Source of the DNA: Patescibacteria group bacterium
GTDB taxonomy: Bacteria > Patescibacteriota > Patescibacteriia > Magasanikbacterales > GWA2-37-8
NCBI GenBank assembly: GCA_041661385.1
Contig: JBAZUP010000003.1
Coordinates: forward strand, 36,299-100,298
Direction of reading: 5' to 3'
Length of the DNA: 64,000 bases
A program made the translations under genes and the position numbers. This document shows, piece after piece, positions 40,018-49,628 of this stretch. Within the stretch, counting starts at the first letter, position 1. The number at the start of each line of letters is the position of its first letter. The notes beneath the pieces were generated by a model. It made no database searches. It had not been told where the DNA came from and worked only from the letters and a program-made list of their open reading frames with translations.

Positions 40018-40473
40018 ATGGCATACATGACGCAAGAAGACAAGAAAGCTAAAGCAATTTTATTGAAACCAATTTTAGCAAAATACAATATCAAAGGCAC
40101 TTTATCAATCAATAATCATTCGACGCTAGTCTGCAAAATAAGTTCCGGGAAAATCGATTTTTTAAAAAACCACATTGAAATCATGACAAAAGAATATTCA
40201 CGAACTGCACGCTACGAAGATGGTGCAGAACGAATCAAATACCTGCAAGAACGCAAATACATCGTCGTCAACATTTATCACTTTGAAAAAGAATTTTCAG
40301 GTGTTGCTCTGGAATGTTTAAAAGAGATAAAAGCTGTACTATTTGCCGGCAATCACAACAACAGTGACAGCATGACTGATTATTTTGACGTGGGCTGGTA
40401 CGTGGATATAAACATTGGAAATTGGGACAAACCATACATACTAACCCAAAACCAACAACTCCAAGCAGCATAA
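40018..40473 (+). CDS. hypothetical protein
   Basis: CAGGAGAAAAAAC RBS. Confidence 0.5.
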   Translation: MAYMTQEDKKAKAILLKPILAKYNIKGTLSINNHSTLVCKISSGKIDFLKNHIEIMTKEYSRTARYEDGAERIKYLQERKYIVVNIYHFEKEFSGVALECLKEIKAVLFAGNHNNSDSMTDYFDVGWYVDINIGNWDKPYILTQNQQLQAA

Positions 40474-40509
40474 ATTTCTTTTCAGAAGTTCACATCACCC
40501 AACCCATCT

Positions 40510-40551
40510 AAACTAAGTAAACTAACTAATATTAATTAGTTTACTTAGTTT
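40510..40551. promoter_or_regulatory. 16-bp-arm inverted repeat AAACTAAGTAAACTAA-10-TTAGTTTACTTAGTTT (operator family)
   Basis: upstream of 40565 ORF. Confidence 0.6.
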
Positions 40552-40564
40552 GCCAGGAGATAAA

Positions 40565-42193
40565 TTGAAAACACTAATGACCGTATCAATCCCTGTCATG
40601 TTCGACGGCTACTATTATGGCGTCAACACTAAAGACTTAACAACACAACCCAACGCCAGCTGGAATCGTGCCATCCAAATATATTGTTCACATTGCAAAA
40701 AATATCACGTCCTGGCCTTTGCTGCCGTGTGTACAATGATGGGTGGCGCCGACGCAAATCAACGAAGACACTGCCCAAATTGCGGCAAATTCTTAAACAA
40801 CTGGAATTGCCAAACACACGGCGTAAATCAATTGGAGCCGCTATCGGGAAATATATCCTTGATTGAACATAAAAACATGATCGGCTTATCTTTTAAAGGC
40901 AAAGGCATAACTTTTGGCGATTTATCCTACAAAAAAAGTGACTACTCTGAGATAGTTCTGTTTGATTTAGAAAACAACACAACCCATTGGAAAATCGGTA
41001 AAATAACCTACCGACTAGGCAATCCCGACGACAAAACATTTTACGAAAAAAGTTTTTTCGATTATCTATACCGCAATTGCCATTTATACAAGGAAGATAA
41101 AACCTACAAACAAGACCTTGATATTTTATTTAAGGAGTTATTGACGCAACTATCCGCAAAAATGAATAAACTCCATTTTTCCAAACAATCGCTCTATACA
41201 AATTACGGCAGCATTGAACAACACGGCCGCTATTTACCGCAAATATTTAATATCGCCTACCGAATCGCATTCCCGGATTGTACTAACCTGTCAAGAAACT
41301 TCTCCAACAGATATGAAGCGCCTTCCTGCCCTTCAATCGGCAAGAACTATCAAACCATCAAAACCGCAATTGCGAACGGTGCAGATAGCATTACGGCGAT
41401 AATAACTGCGGTAGAATTACCGAACACCAAACTGATTCGAAAAATAGTATCCCAAAGTATTTTATCAATTGAACGTTTAAAAATGATTTTTAATCACATC
41501 AAAAATTATGACAACGCCATGAAAATTTGGAATGCTAATGAATACAGCAGCTATCAGGAACAAGAACTTATTTTCCTAAAATCGTTAACCAAAATTTACG
41601 ACGAAACACAATTAGTAAATTACTATCTAACAAAACACGCAGATTTTGGAGAAACAAAACGACTCTACGACTATAACTATTTCTCTACCACACAACTCAA
41701 AAAAGAAAAAGTGAAATTCTCCGACTTACATAACTGGTGCGTTGAAAAAAACAAACTTCGCCAAGAAAAAGAAGAATTATTAAAAACAAGAGATCCGGAA
41801 ACAAAATTCGAACTACCACCCGCAATTATCCGACGATTAGAAATGCAACGCGATATATTCAGCTTTTTCCTACCGGAATCACAAGCCGAATTAAACTTCG
41901 CCGGCAACCAACTTCACAATTGTTTAAGAACCTACGATAAAGAAATGGAAAACAAAGCCGACGCTTCAGCAAAAATTGTGTTAGTGGCTGATGATTTTGG
42001 AAAACTCGTAGCCGCAGTTAGGATTAATAATTTTGTGATTACTGAAGCAAAATTAAAATACAATAAATCTGCCAAAACCGATTCGGAAATAAACAGTAAA
42101 ATAATCCAGTGGGCAAAAACCGTAAAATTAACAATCAATACCAATGATATAGACGAAAATTTAGAGTTTGATATCACAAAACTAGCAGCATAA
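40565..42193 (+). CDS. large hypothetical protein with N-terminal Cys4-type zinc-binding motifs (start uncertain: TTG 40565 or ATG 40577)
   Basis: CSHCKKYH...CPNCGKF; CCAGGAGA RBS. Confidence 0.5.
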   Translation: MKTLMTVSIPVMFDGYYYGVNTKDLTTQPNASWNRAIQIYCSHCKKYHVLAFAAVCTMMGGADANQRRHCPNCGKFLNNWNCQTHGVNQLEPLSGNISLIEHKNMIGLSFKGKGITFGDLSYKKSDYSEIVLFDLENNTTHWKIGKITYRLGNPDDKTFYEKSFFDYLYRNCHLYKEDKTYKQDLDILFKELLTQLSAKMNKLHFSKQSLYTNYGSIEQHGRYLPQIFNIAYRIAFPDCTNLSRNFSNRYEAPSCPSIGKNYQTIKTAIANGADSITAIITAVELPNTKLIRKIVSQSILSIERLKMIFNHIKNYDNAMKIWNANEYSSYQEQELIFLKSLTKIYDETQLVNYYLTKHADFGETKRLYDYNYFSTTQLKKEKVKFSDLHNWCVEKNKLRQEKEELLKTRDPETKFELPPAIIRRLEMQRDIFSFFLPESQAELNFAGNQLHNCLRTYDKEMENKADASAKIVLVADDFGKLVAAVRINNFVITEAKLKYNKSAKTDSEINSKIIQWAKTVKLTINTNDIDENLEFDITKLAA

Positions 42194-42242
42194 ACTAACT
42201 AAGTTTAGTTAGTAATATTAGTTAGTAGAAAGGTTTTAATTT

Positions 42243-42413
42243 ATGAAAACAGAAACAGTAAAAGAATGTTATGAAAAATTTGTAAGTAAATGCCGAATTA
42301 CAGAATGTGAAGATTGTGAATATGGTGAACGAATTGGTAAAACTTGTGAAAGCGTCGAAGGTTCTTTCGCAGAAGAATTAATGAAAAACGATAGAAAATT
42401 AATCATTTGTTAA
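42243..42413 (+). CDS. small Cys-rich protein (56 aa)
   Basis: GAAAGGTTTTAATTT RBS. Confidence 0.35.
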   Translation: MKTETVKECYEKFVSKCRITECEDCEYGERIGKTCESVEGSFAEELMKNDRKLIIC

Positions 42414-42463
42414 TCATCAAAAAAGATTAATCCAAACAATAACATACAAATGAGGTTGTGATA

Positions 42464-44074
42464 ATGACAGAAATAATCGTTGACAACTTTGCCGGTGGCG
42501 GTGGCGCAAGCACCGGAATTTCTCAAGCTATAGGCAGAAGCGTCGATATTGCAATCAATCACGACAAAATCGCAATACAAATGCACAAACGCAACCACCC
42601 GGATACCAAACACTATATAGAAGATGTTTGGGCAATTGATCCAATAGAAGCTTGTGCTGGAAGGCCAGTAGGATTAGCCTGGTTTTCACCAGACTGTACA
42701 CACCACAGCAAAGCACGTGGCGGAAAACCACGCGACAAAAACATTCGCGGCTTATCCTGGTTAGCAACAAAATGGGCGTTACTCGTAAAACCACGAGTAA
42801 TCATGTTAGAAAACGTCGAAGAAATTCAAACATGGGGACCACTTTTAGCCAACGGCAAACCGAGTAAAAAAAAGAAAGGAAAAACTTGGAAAGCATTTAT
42901 TCAATCGCTTGAAGAATTAGGCTACAAAGTTGAATGGCAATTATTAAGAGCCTGCGACTACGGCGCACCAACCACAAGAAAACGTCTTTTTCTAATTGCC
43001 CGCTGCGATGGCAAGCCCATTATTTGGCCAGAACCGTCACACGCTAATCCAAAAGATCCGCGAGTTGTCAAAGAACAAATGAAACCCTGGCCGGCAGCAG
43101 CAGAAATAATTGACTGGTCCTTGCCCTGTCCGTCAATCTTCAACCGCAAAAAACCGTTAGTTGAAAAAACCATGATACGAATAGCAAAAGGATTGAAAAA
43201 ATTCGTATTAGACGCAGACACACCTTTTATTATTAGCATCGATAATCAAAACGGAACAGGAGTAAACGATATACAAACACCACTAACAACAATAACCACA
43301 AAAGCACGACATTGTATAGTTTCGCCACACATCGTTAAATTCCGCGGTGATTCTTCCGGAACGGACATACAACACCCGCTGCCAACAATAACAAGCGGAG
43401 CCGGTTCCGTACGACCGGCAGGCAATGCACACGCAATGGGTTTATGTGCCGCCTTCGTCGCAAGACATTTTGGACAATCGGTAGGAACAACACTTGAATC
43501 GCCGCTAGGAACACAAACGGCTAAAACTAAAGATTCAATGATTGTAAGCTTTTTATCAAAAGCTTACGGTGGTGGATATACCGGAAGCGGCACAAATGTC
43601 GAAGCGCCTGTAGATACAATAACAACTATTGATCATAATCACTTATGTACAACTCATTTAATAAAATTCAAAGGCGACAACTACGGTTCGCCGATAACAG
43701 AGCCAGTACAAACCATCTGTGCCGGTGGCACACACATCGGCGAAATCCGTGCATTCTTGCTAAAATACTATGGAACATCCGCAAACGGACAATCAATAGA
43801 CACACCATTAGATACAATCACAACGAAAGACCGGTTTGGAATCGTCATGATAGAAAACCAACCTTATGAAATAGTCGATATAGGATTAAGAATGCTAGCA
43901 GCACACGAACTTTACGCCGCACAAGGATTCCCGGAAGATTACAATATAAGCGGAATGACAAAAACACAACAAGTTGCTAAATGCGGGAATTCAGTCAGCC
44001 CGGCAATCCCTAAAGCGCTAGTTAAAGCCAATTTGCCCGAATTATGTAATACAAATACAAAAATAGCAGCATAA
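42464..44074 (+). CDS. DNA (cytosine-5) methyltransferase, multispecific phage-type with repeated TRD-like modules; orphan
   Basis: motif I NFAGGGG, ENV (MLENVEE), RKRLFLIA, C-terminal GNSVSP; variable region with four repeated T.ITT(K)/KF(R/K)GD modules; catalytic motif reads SPDC rather than canonical PCQ. Confidence 0.8.
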   Translation: MTEIIVDNFAGGGGASTGISQAIGRSVDIAINHDKIAIQMHKRNHPDTKHYIEDVWAIDPIEACAGRPVGLAWFSPDCTHHSKARGGKPRDKNIRGLSWLATKWALLVKPRVIMLENVEEIQTWGPLLANGKPSKKKKGKTWKAFIQSLEELGYKVEWQLLRACDYGAPTTRKRLFLIARCDGKPIIWPEPSHANPKDPRVVKEQMKPWPAAAEIIDWSLPCPSIFNRKKPLVEKTMIRIAKGLKKFVLDADTPFIISIDNQNGTGVNDIQTPLTTITTKARHCIVSPHIVKFRGDSSGTDIQHPLPTITSGAGSVRPAGNAHAMGLCAAFVARHFGQSVGTTLESPLGTQTAKTKDSMIVSFLSKAYGGGYTGSGTNVEAPVDTITTIDHNHLCTTHLIKFKGDNYGSPITEPVQTICAGGTHIGEIRAFLLKYYGTSANGQSIDTPLDTITTKDRFGIVMIENQPYEIVDIGLRMLAAHELYAAQGFPEDYNISGMTKTQQVAKCGNSVSPAIPKALVKANLPELCNTNTKIAA

Positions 44075-44079
44075 ACTAA

Positions 44080-44115
44080 CTAATATTACTAACTAAGTTT
44101 AGTTAGTAATATTAG
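44080..44115. promoter_or_regulatory. ~17-bp-arm inverted repeat TAATATTACTAACTAAG/TTTAGTTAGTAATATTA (operator family) with embedded TAATAT -10
   Basis: upstream of 44129 ORF. Confidence 0.55.
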
Positions 44116-44128
44116 TAAAAGAGGTAAA

Positions 44129-44437
44129 ATGAAAAACTCCTCCGAATTAAACAAAATGCACGCTTGTAAGAAAAACGCAGAACTGCTACAAGAATTTTAT
44201 GAATTTTTAATCCACAAAAAGAAAATATATTTGGCCCGATACGAAACACGTGAAGAAGAAAAAATTGTTAACGTTTTTACTGGTACAACAAAAACCTACC
44301 AATATGAAGAACTAACCCTTATTCCGGAAACTGCATTAGAAAAACTATTTGCAGATTTCTTTGAAATTGATTTGAACGAATGCGAAAAGGAAAAAAGAAT
44401 ACTACTTGCATCGTGTCGTGAGGAAAAAGTTAAATGA
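44129..44437 (+). CDS. hypothetical protein
   Basis: AAAAGAGGTAAA RBS. Confidence 0.45.
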   Translation: MKNSSELNKMHACKKNAELLQEFYEFLIHKKKIYLARYETREEEKIVNVFTGTTKTYQYEELTLIPETALEKLFADFFEIDLNECEKEKRILLASCREEKVK

Positions 44438-44709
44438 AAATTGAAGTTAAATCAGTAGCAATCAGTTCAGAATGGAATTTAAGTATTCAACTACAAAAAA
44501 TTCACGAAGAACATCAAGAATTTACTAAAGCGTTACGCGAATATATACGTTTTGGAAAGCCAATAATGAAAGCAGCAGAAGAACTTGCAGATTTAATGAT
44601 AGCATGCGCTACAATGGCTGAATTAATGAGGATACCCTTTGAACAGGTCATGCGTCAGGTTGAAACTAAGAACGAAACAAGAGGATATTACGACAACAAT
44701 CAAAATTGA
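44434..44709 (+). CDS. MazG-like nucleotide pyrophosphohydrolase domain protein
   Basis: IHEEHQEF...AAEELADLMIA (EExxE...EELxDL). Confidence 0.55.
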   Translation: MKIEVKSVAISSEWNLSIQLQKIHEEHQEFTKALREYIRFGKPIMKAAEELADLMIACATMAELMRIPFEQVMRQVETKNETRGYYDNNQN

Positions 44710-44793
44710 ATTATTTTTAATAACACAATTTTACTAAGTAAACTAACTAACATTACTAACTAAGTTTACTTAGTTTAATAACTAAGGAGAAAT

Positions 44794-45999
44794 ATGATAA
44801 CCATAAAAACAAAAGAACTCACTACAACACTAAACCTGATTCATAAAACCTTTGCATCGGATTTTTCTAGTAAAACCGGCATCGATCGCATCCATATCGC
44901 AACACTCCCGGCTAAAGACGTTCTCGGAACAGGCATATTAAGCATTACCGCTTATTCAAAAGACAAGCACATGAGTGCAACTATTCCATGCAATATTGAA
45001 ACAGATTTGACTGCGTATGTAGCCGGCTCGTCTTTTTGCAATCTAATTGCATCCTTAACCGACTATGACGAAATTAAACTTTCGCTGCAAGACACTTCTC
45101 TGAAAATTATCGCTAAAGCCTCTAAATACGTATTACGCACCGCAAATTTAGAAGATTTCCCTAAAATGCCGGAATATGTCAAAAACAATTCTGTAACATT
45201 GACTGCGGCAGAATTACGAAAAGTATTAAACAATACTGCCTTTTGTACATCAAACGACGAGGCTCGACCGTTATTTACCGGTTTGTGTATGGAATTTAAT
45301 GCAGCAGATAATTCACTAATTGTCACTGGTACAGATACTCATCGAATGGGCATTGATAAAATTTCTAATCTGCAAACTTTGTCGTTAATCGATGATAATA
45401 ATAAAATAATTGTACCGGCAAAAGCGCTATCTGACGCAGTTTCGTTTTTAGGAAAAGATGATACCGCAGAAATTTTGCTATATTGGAACAAAAACAAAAT
45501 CACCTTCGTTATTAATAATAACAATTTGATTTTTCAAACCGCTTTAATAGACGGCCAATTTCCAAATTGCCAAAGGGTTGTTCCACTCGATGAAAATATA
45601 GCTTTCTCCGTTGACTTGCCCCGTGAGAAACTGGAAAAATCCATAACCCGTATTTTAGTAATGGCAAAATCCTCAAAAAACAAATTTAACACCCTTAAAT
45701 GTTCGTTAAAAATGCCAAACGAAGTTTTAGTCATCACAACTGTAAATCTTGACCTGGGCGAAGGAGCAGAGGCGCTGCAAGGCAAAGTAAGCGGAACCGC
45801 AATTGAAAACTTTGAAATTGGCATTAATGCACAATACTTATTGGATATTTGCAAAAAAACAACGACTGACAACATAAAATTTGATTTTACTTCAAACCAG
45901 TTACCAATCCGGACCAATTTCAACAATAGTGCTATACACGTTTTAACCCCGATCCGGGTTAATGATATGAAAAATACTATAACGGAAAAAGCCGCTTAA
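44794..45999 (+). CDS. dnaN: DNA polymerase III beta sliding-clamp (DnaN) homologue
   Basis: ~400 aa three-domain layout; N-terminal ...L...L..v...v......ilsn.. pattern, LEDFPKMPE motif; CTAAGGAGAAATATG RBS. Confidence 0.7.
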   Translation: MITIKTKELTTTLNLIHKTFASDFSSKTGIDRIHIATLPAKDVLGTGILSITAYSKDKHMSATIPCNIETDLTAYVAGSSFCNLIASLTDYDEIKLSLQDTSLKIIAKASKYVLRTANLEDFPKMPEYVKNNSVTLTAAELRKVLNNTAFCTSNDEARPLFTGLCMEFNAADNSLIVTGTDTHRMGIDKISNLQTLSLIDDNNKIIVPAKALSDAVSFLGKDDTAEILLYWNKNKITFVINNNNLIFQTALIDGQFPNCQRVVPLDENIAFSVDLPREKLEKSITRILVMAKSSKNKFNTLKCSLKMPNEVLVITTVNLDLGEGAEALQGKVSGTAIENFEIGINAQYLLDICKKTTTDNIKFDFTSNQLPIRTNFNNSAIHVLTPIRVNDMKNTITEKAA

Positions 46000-46080
46000 T
46001 CACGAATAAGAAATTATTACATAAACTAACATTACTAAGTAAACTTAGTTAGTAATGTTAGTTATACACAAAGGAGAATA

Positions 46081-46497
46081 ATGACCTTTAAATTAATCGA
46101 ACTATTGAAAACCGATAACATAACGAAAGACACCGACGCCGATATTGTAATCCAAACCATCAAAACAATGTACCTAAAACATAAACCAAAAAAAACAACC
46201 ATTATTATTTCATTTAGACAAATAAAATTTGTCAGCTCTGTTTTCTTGTCTAAGTTGTTTTACTGGCTCTACGAAGAAAAATATTTAAAATATGACGAAA
46301 AAAAAGAAATTTTCAATTTTACAAAAACCATAACTTTGGACACGGAACGTATTGAATATTTTTGCATACGCCAAATTAATATTATTAAAGAAGAAATTGA
46401 CCACTACGACGAAATTATTAATCCAAGAACAAAAGAGAAGAAACCCGAACAACCATATAACAACCAACCATTAACTGCTTGGAACGCAACAATTTAA
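46081..46497 (+). CDS. hypothetical protein
   Basis: AAAGGAGAATA RBS. Confidence 0.45.
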   Translation: MTFKLIELLKTDNITKDTDADIVIQTIKTMYLKHKPKKTTIIISFRQIKFVSSVFLSKLFYWLYEEKYLKYDEKKEIFNFTKTITLDTERIEYFCIRQINIIKEEIDHYDEIINPRTKEKKPEQPYNNQPLTAWNATI

Positions 46498-46512
46498 CAA
46501 AGGAGCTTTACA

Positions 46513-46716
46513 ATGAATGAAATACTCCACTTGCCGATTTGGCATATATCGCAAAACAAAACAGATATAGCACCAATTATACATTTTGCCTGGTGGAAAA
46601 GTTTAGATAAAGAATCACCAAACGCCGAAGCTGCTAATAATTTCATAACGTCCTTCATAAGAACCCACGGCGAAACAGCTTTTTTTCAAAGCCTGAGCAC
46701 GCCACTAAGCATATAA
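46513..46716 (+). CDS. hypothetical protein
   Basis: CAAAGGAGCTTTAC RBS. Confidence 0.4.
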   Translation: MNEILHLPIWHISQNKTDIAPIIHFAWWKSLDKESPNAEAANNFITSFIRTHGETAFFQSLSTPLSI

Positions 46717-46724
46717 TTTATCTA

Positions 46725-46790
46725 TTGACAAAACTAATATTACTAAGTAAACTTAGTTAGTAATATTAGTTTTATTAGTTAAGTTAGTAG
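46725..46790 (+). promoter_or_regulatory. sigma70-like promoter (TTGACA-17-TAAACT) overlapped by ~40-bp ACTAA/TTAGT palindromic operator
   Basis: TTGACAaaactaatattactaagTAAACT; AACTAATATTACTAAGT / ACTTAGTTAGTAATATTAGTT inverted repeat. Confidence 0.55.
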
Positions 46791-46823
46791 TTTGAATTAA
46801 TAAATTAAAAGGAAAGAACGTTA

Positions 46824-47186
46824 ATGCTTTTTACTATACTTATATTCCTCTCATTAGGATTTGCAATTATCTTCGCAATAGTTAAAACAGATACCGACAA
46901 ACAACAAAAAGTCTGTATCCGATTATCAATAATATCGTTTTTGATATTTTTAGCACTTATTGCATACATCAACCTAAAACCAGCCGAATATGTGACATTA
47001 ACCGTTGCTCGTATTAATTCAAATACCACTTCAAACGCATGTGATATTTTATCTGACAAAGATTATTACTCCGACGTATATAGATTTGGAAACGTAAAAA
47101 CCGGCGATAAAATAACATTAGAGAAAAGAACGTTTATACCCGGTTGGATCGTTATAAAAATTAACGAAATATCAACAACAAATTAA
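46824..47186 (+). CDS. membrane-anchored protein
   Basis: AAAAGGAAAGAACG RBS. Confidence 0.45.
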   Translation: MLFTILIFLSLGFAIIFAIVKTDTDKQQKVCIRLSIISFLIFLALIAYINLKPAEYVTLTVARINSNTTSNACDILSDKDYYSDVYRFGNVKTGDKITLEKRTFIPGWIVIKINEISTTN

Positions 47187-47200
47187 AAAAGGAGTCTAAT

Positions 47201-47638
47201 GTGTCATATTTATCTTTTTTCACTTCAACATCTTTCATAGCTTTTGTAGTCCTAATATTTTTTCAATTATTTATCTTAAATTTTTCCAATCTTGCATTTT
47301 TAACCTCGATAATCACGTCGTTAGCATTCGCGATACTTTATGTAGCGATAAAATTTTTCACCGAAAAACAACGTGAAAAGGAAAATGAAAATTTCTGGAC
47401 AACAGAAAGCGACCGAGAAAAATTGTGCAAAGATTTTATATCACGCTATAACTTTTCAGAAACTGAAGCTGATTTGTATTTTAATTTATGTCTAAAAAGC
47501 GAGAATTTTCTCAAAGAATCACTTAAACCTCAACGAACAAATAAAGACAAATTAGAGTTTAGATTAATGCAAAACAAAGTTAATACAATTAAAACAATGA
47601 TGGAAATGTTTAAACTAGAAATACGAATAAAAAACTAA
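47201..47638 (+). CDS. membrane protein
   Basis: AAAGGAGTCTAA RBS; GTG start. Confidence 0.45.
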   Translation: MSYLSFFTSTSFIAFVVLIFFQLFILNFSNLAFLTSIITSLAFAILYVAIKFFTEKQREKENENFWTTESDREKLCKDFISRYNFSETEADLYFNLCLKSENFLKESLKPQRTNKDKLEFRLMQNKVNTIKTMMEMFKLEIRIKN

Positions 47639-47666
47639 CTAATATAACTTAGTTGCAAGGAGAAAT

Positions 47667-47858
47667 ATGCAAGTAGGAGACAGAGTTTTAGTAAAATCTG
47701 CCGCCGGTACACGTGAACGAATTATTGACAGAGAAACCAAATTATATTGGATAATCAACGGTTTAAAATATCACAAAAAAACTCTATGCAGAGCAAGTGC
47801 AGATGGTTGGAACACTGGTTATATCAAAGAAATCGAACGACAAAATATTAAAAACTAA
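47667..47858 (+). CDS. hypothetical protein
   Basis: CAAGGAGAAATATG. Confidence 0.45.
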   Translation: MQVGDRVLVKSAAGTRERIIDRETKLYWIINGLKYHKKTLCRASADGWNTGYIKEIERQNIKN

Positions 47859-47900
47859 CTAAGTTTACTTAGTAACATTAGTTGAAACGAAAGGAGAAAT

Positions 47901-48677
47901 ATGGCAAAAATAATTACCATAGCCAACCAAAAAGGTGGCGTTGGAAAAACCACCACCGCACACGCATTGGCAACCGGATTAAAATTACTCCACAAAAAAC
48001 TCCGTATTTTAACAATTGATCTCGACGCCCAGGGAAGTCTCAGTTTTGCATATGGAGCTGAAACCGAAAAAGCGCCAACAATTTATGACGCACTAAAAAA
48101 TCAAATGGAAACAAAAGATTCCAAAATCAAAGAAATTATCCAAAAACTTCCGCAAGGAGATATTATTCCCGGTGACCTGCGTTTATCCGGCGCGGATCTC
48201 GAATTCAACAAAACCGGCCGGGAATATTTACTAAAAGAAACATTAGAAACTATTACAAACGATTATGACTATATAATCATCGACACACCACCCTCATTGG
48301 GAATTTTAACAGTAATGGCGTTCACGGCCAGTAATGAAGTATTAATCCCAATCGGCGCCGATATTTTATCTTATCGCGGTCTGGGGCAACTCAATGAATC
48401 AATGAGTTCAGTAATTAAATACTCGAACAAAGAATTGAAAATATCAGGAATATTAATCACGCAGCACAATGCAAAAACCAATCTAGGCAAAGGTATGGAA
48501 GAAAAAATACAGCGTGCAGCTGCAATGTTAGACACTAAACTCTTTAAAACCCATATTAAAAACATCACAGCAGTGAAAGAAGCTCAATTTAATCAAAAGT
48601 CACTGTTTGAATACTCACCAACATCAATAGCAACCAACAATTATCGTGATTTTATTCAAGAATATTTGAAAGGTTAA
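47901..48677 (+). CDS. parA: ParA/Soj-family partition ATPase
   Basis: deviant Walker A KGGVGKTT. Confidence 0.85.
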   Translation: MAKIITIANQKGGVGKTTTAHALATGLKLLHKKLRILTIDLDAQGSLSFAYGAETEKAPTIYDALKNQMETKDSKIKEIIQKLPQGDIIPGDLRLSGADLEFNKTGREYLLKETLETITNDYDYIIIDTPPSLGILTVMAFTASNEVLIPIGADILSYRGLGQLNESMSSVIKYSNKELKISGILITQHNAKTNLGKGMEEKIQRAAAMLDTKLFKTHIKNITAVKEAQFNQKSLFEYSPTSIATNNYRDFIQEYLKG

Positions 48678-48682
48678 AGAAA

Positions 48683-48922
48683 ATGTCAAAAAAACAAGAA
48701 TTAGATCGACAAATTTTCATTAACGATAACGGCGATATAGCTGACTATAGCGACAGACCAGAAAGTTATTTGCTAGAAGAAAACGGAAAAATCTGCAGTA
48801 TTTGTGGTGCGAAAATTATTGGCTTAGATATTAATGCACACCAATGGCCTTGTGGCAAAATCACTTGTGGCATAAGTTGTGAAATAATGAGCAACAGTTT
48901 AAAAACTAAGGAGGATTTATGA
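48683..48922 (+). CDS. small Cys-rich (zinc-ribbon?) protein
   Basis: CSICG...CGKITCGISC. Confidence 0.45.
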   Translation: MSKKQELDRQIFINDNGDIADYSDRPESYLLEENGKICSICGAKIIGLDINAHQWPCGKITCGISCEIMSNSLKTKEDL

Positions 48923-49173
48923 AAAAAAATGATTTTGGCGCTTCCCGGGAAAACCCCGCAGATAAATTTTTCTCAAAACAAAAAATTGAAGAAAATTTAC
49001 AAAGCACTCCAGTTATTAGTGCCAAACCCGAAGAAAAGTTATTCAAAACCTTTCTGTTACGGCTTCCTTTGGACCTTCACCAAAAAATTAAAATTCAAGC
49101 AACAATTAACGAACTCTCAATCCACGATTACATGCTTAAAGTTATGCGTTCTATTGTGGGGGAAAAGGGTTAA
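48919..49173 (+). CDS. ribbon-helix-helix (ParG/CopG-like) protein, probable centromere-binding partner of ParA
   Basis: KTFLLRLPLDLHQKIKIQATINELSIHDYMLKVM. Confidence 0.55.
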   Translation: MKKNDFGASRENPADKFFSKQKIEENLQSTPVISAKPEEKLFKTFLLRLPLDLHQKIKIQATINELSIHDYMLKVMRSIVGEKG

Positions 49174-49254
49174 ATTTCGTTTTTAATGACTTGGACGCAA
49201 CTTTCCCCGTCTCAACTCTTTTAAATCTGTTTTACGGGCAAATAAATCGTTTTT

Positions 49255-49287
49255 AAACCGACGCATTCTCGTCGGTTTCTCTTTTTT
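49255..49287 (+). terminator. rho-independent terminator
   Basis: AAACCGACG...CGTCGGTTT followed by CTCTTTTTT. Confidence 0.7.
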
Positions 49288-49341
49288 AAAATTAACAACA
49301 ACATATCCCGGTATTTCCATTTTGTTGTTGTTTTAAATATA

Positions 49342-49373
49342 TTTTAAGAACGATTTTAAGAACGATTTTAAAG
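49342..49373 (+). repeat. tandem 12-bp direct repeat TTTTAAGAACGA x2 (protein-binding site candidate: parS or DnaA-box-like)
   Basis: seen directly. Confidence 0.5.
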
Positions 49374-49412
49374 AGTCTCGCAAGTCCCGCCAATGTTGAG
49401 CTACAGAGGACG

Positions 49413-49603
49413 AACTACGACAGAAATATGGTCAACTACGACAAAATTCGTGTTAACTACGACAGAAATATGGTCAACTACGACAAAATTCGTGCCGAAC
49501 TACGACAAAAATATGGTTTCTACGACGTAAATATGGTCAACTACGACATAAACCGTGCCACTTACGACAAAAAAATGGTCACTTACGACATAAATATGGT
49601 ATA
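49413..49603 (+). repeat. iteron array: ~9 direct 21-22-bp repeats AACTACGACA(R)AAATATGGTC, alternating with AACTACGACAAAATTCGTGYY
   Basis: directly upstream of rep; contiguous, no spacers. Confidence 0.85.
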
Positions 49604-49628
49604 CTAAACAAAAAAATTAGAGGGAATT

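Noticed and set aside
42458-42463. GTG start of the C5-MTase given by the track
   Set aside because: The RBS GAGGTTG is too close to it. The ATG six bases downstream has proper spacing. I noticed a +/-1 nt inconsistency between the printed numbering and track coordinates here and near 48919, so self-derived coordinates carry +/-1-2 nt uncertainty.
49413-49603. Possible CRISPR array
   Set aside because: The repeats are contiguous 21-22-bp iterons of two alternating subtypes next to a Rep_3 gene. There are no unique spacers of regular length and no cas genes.
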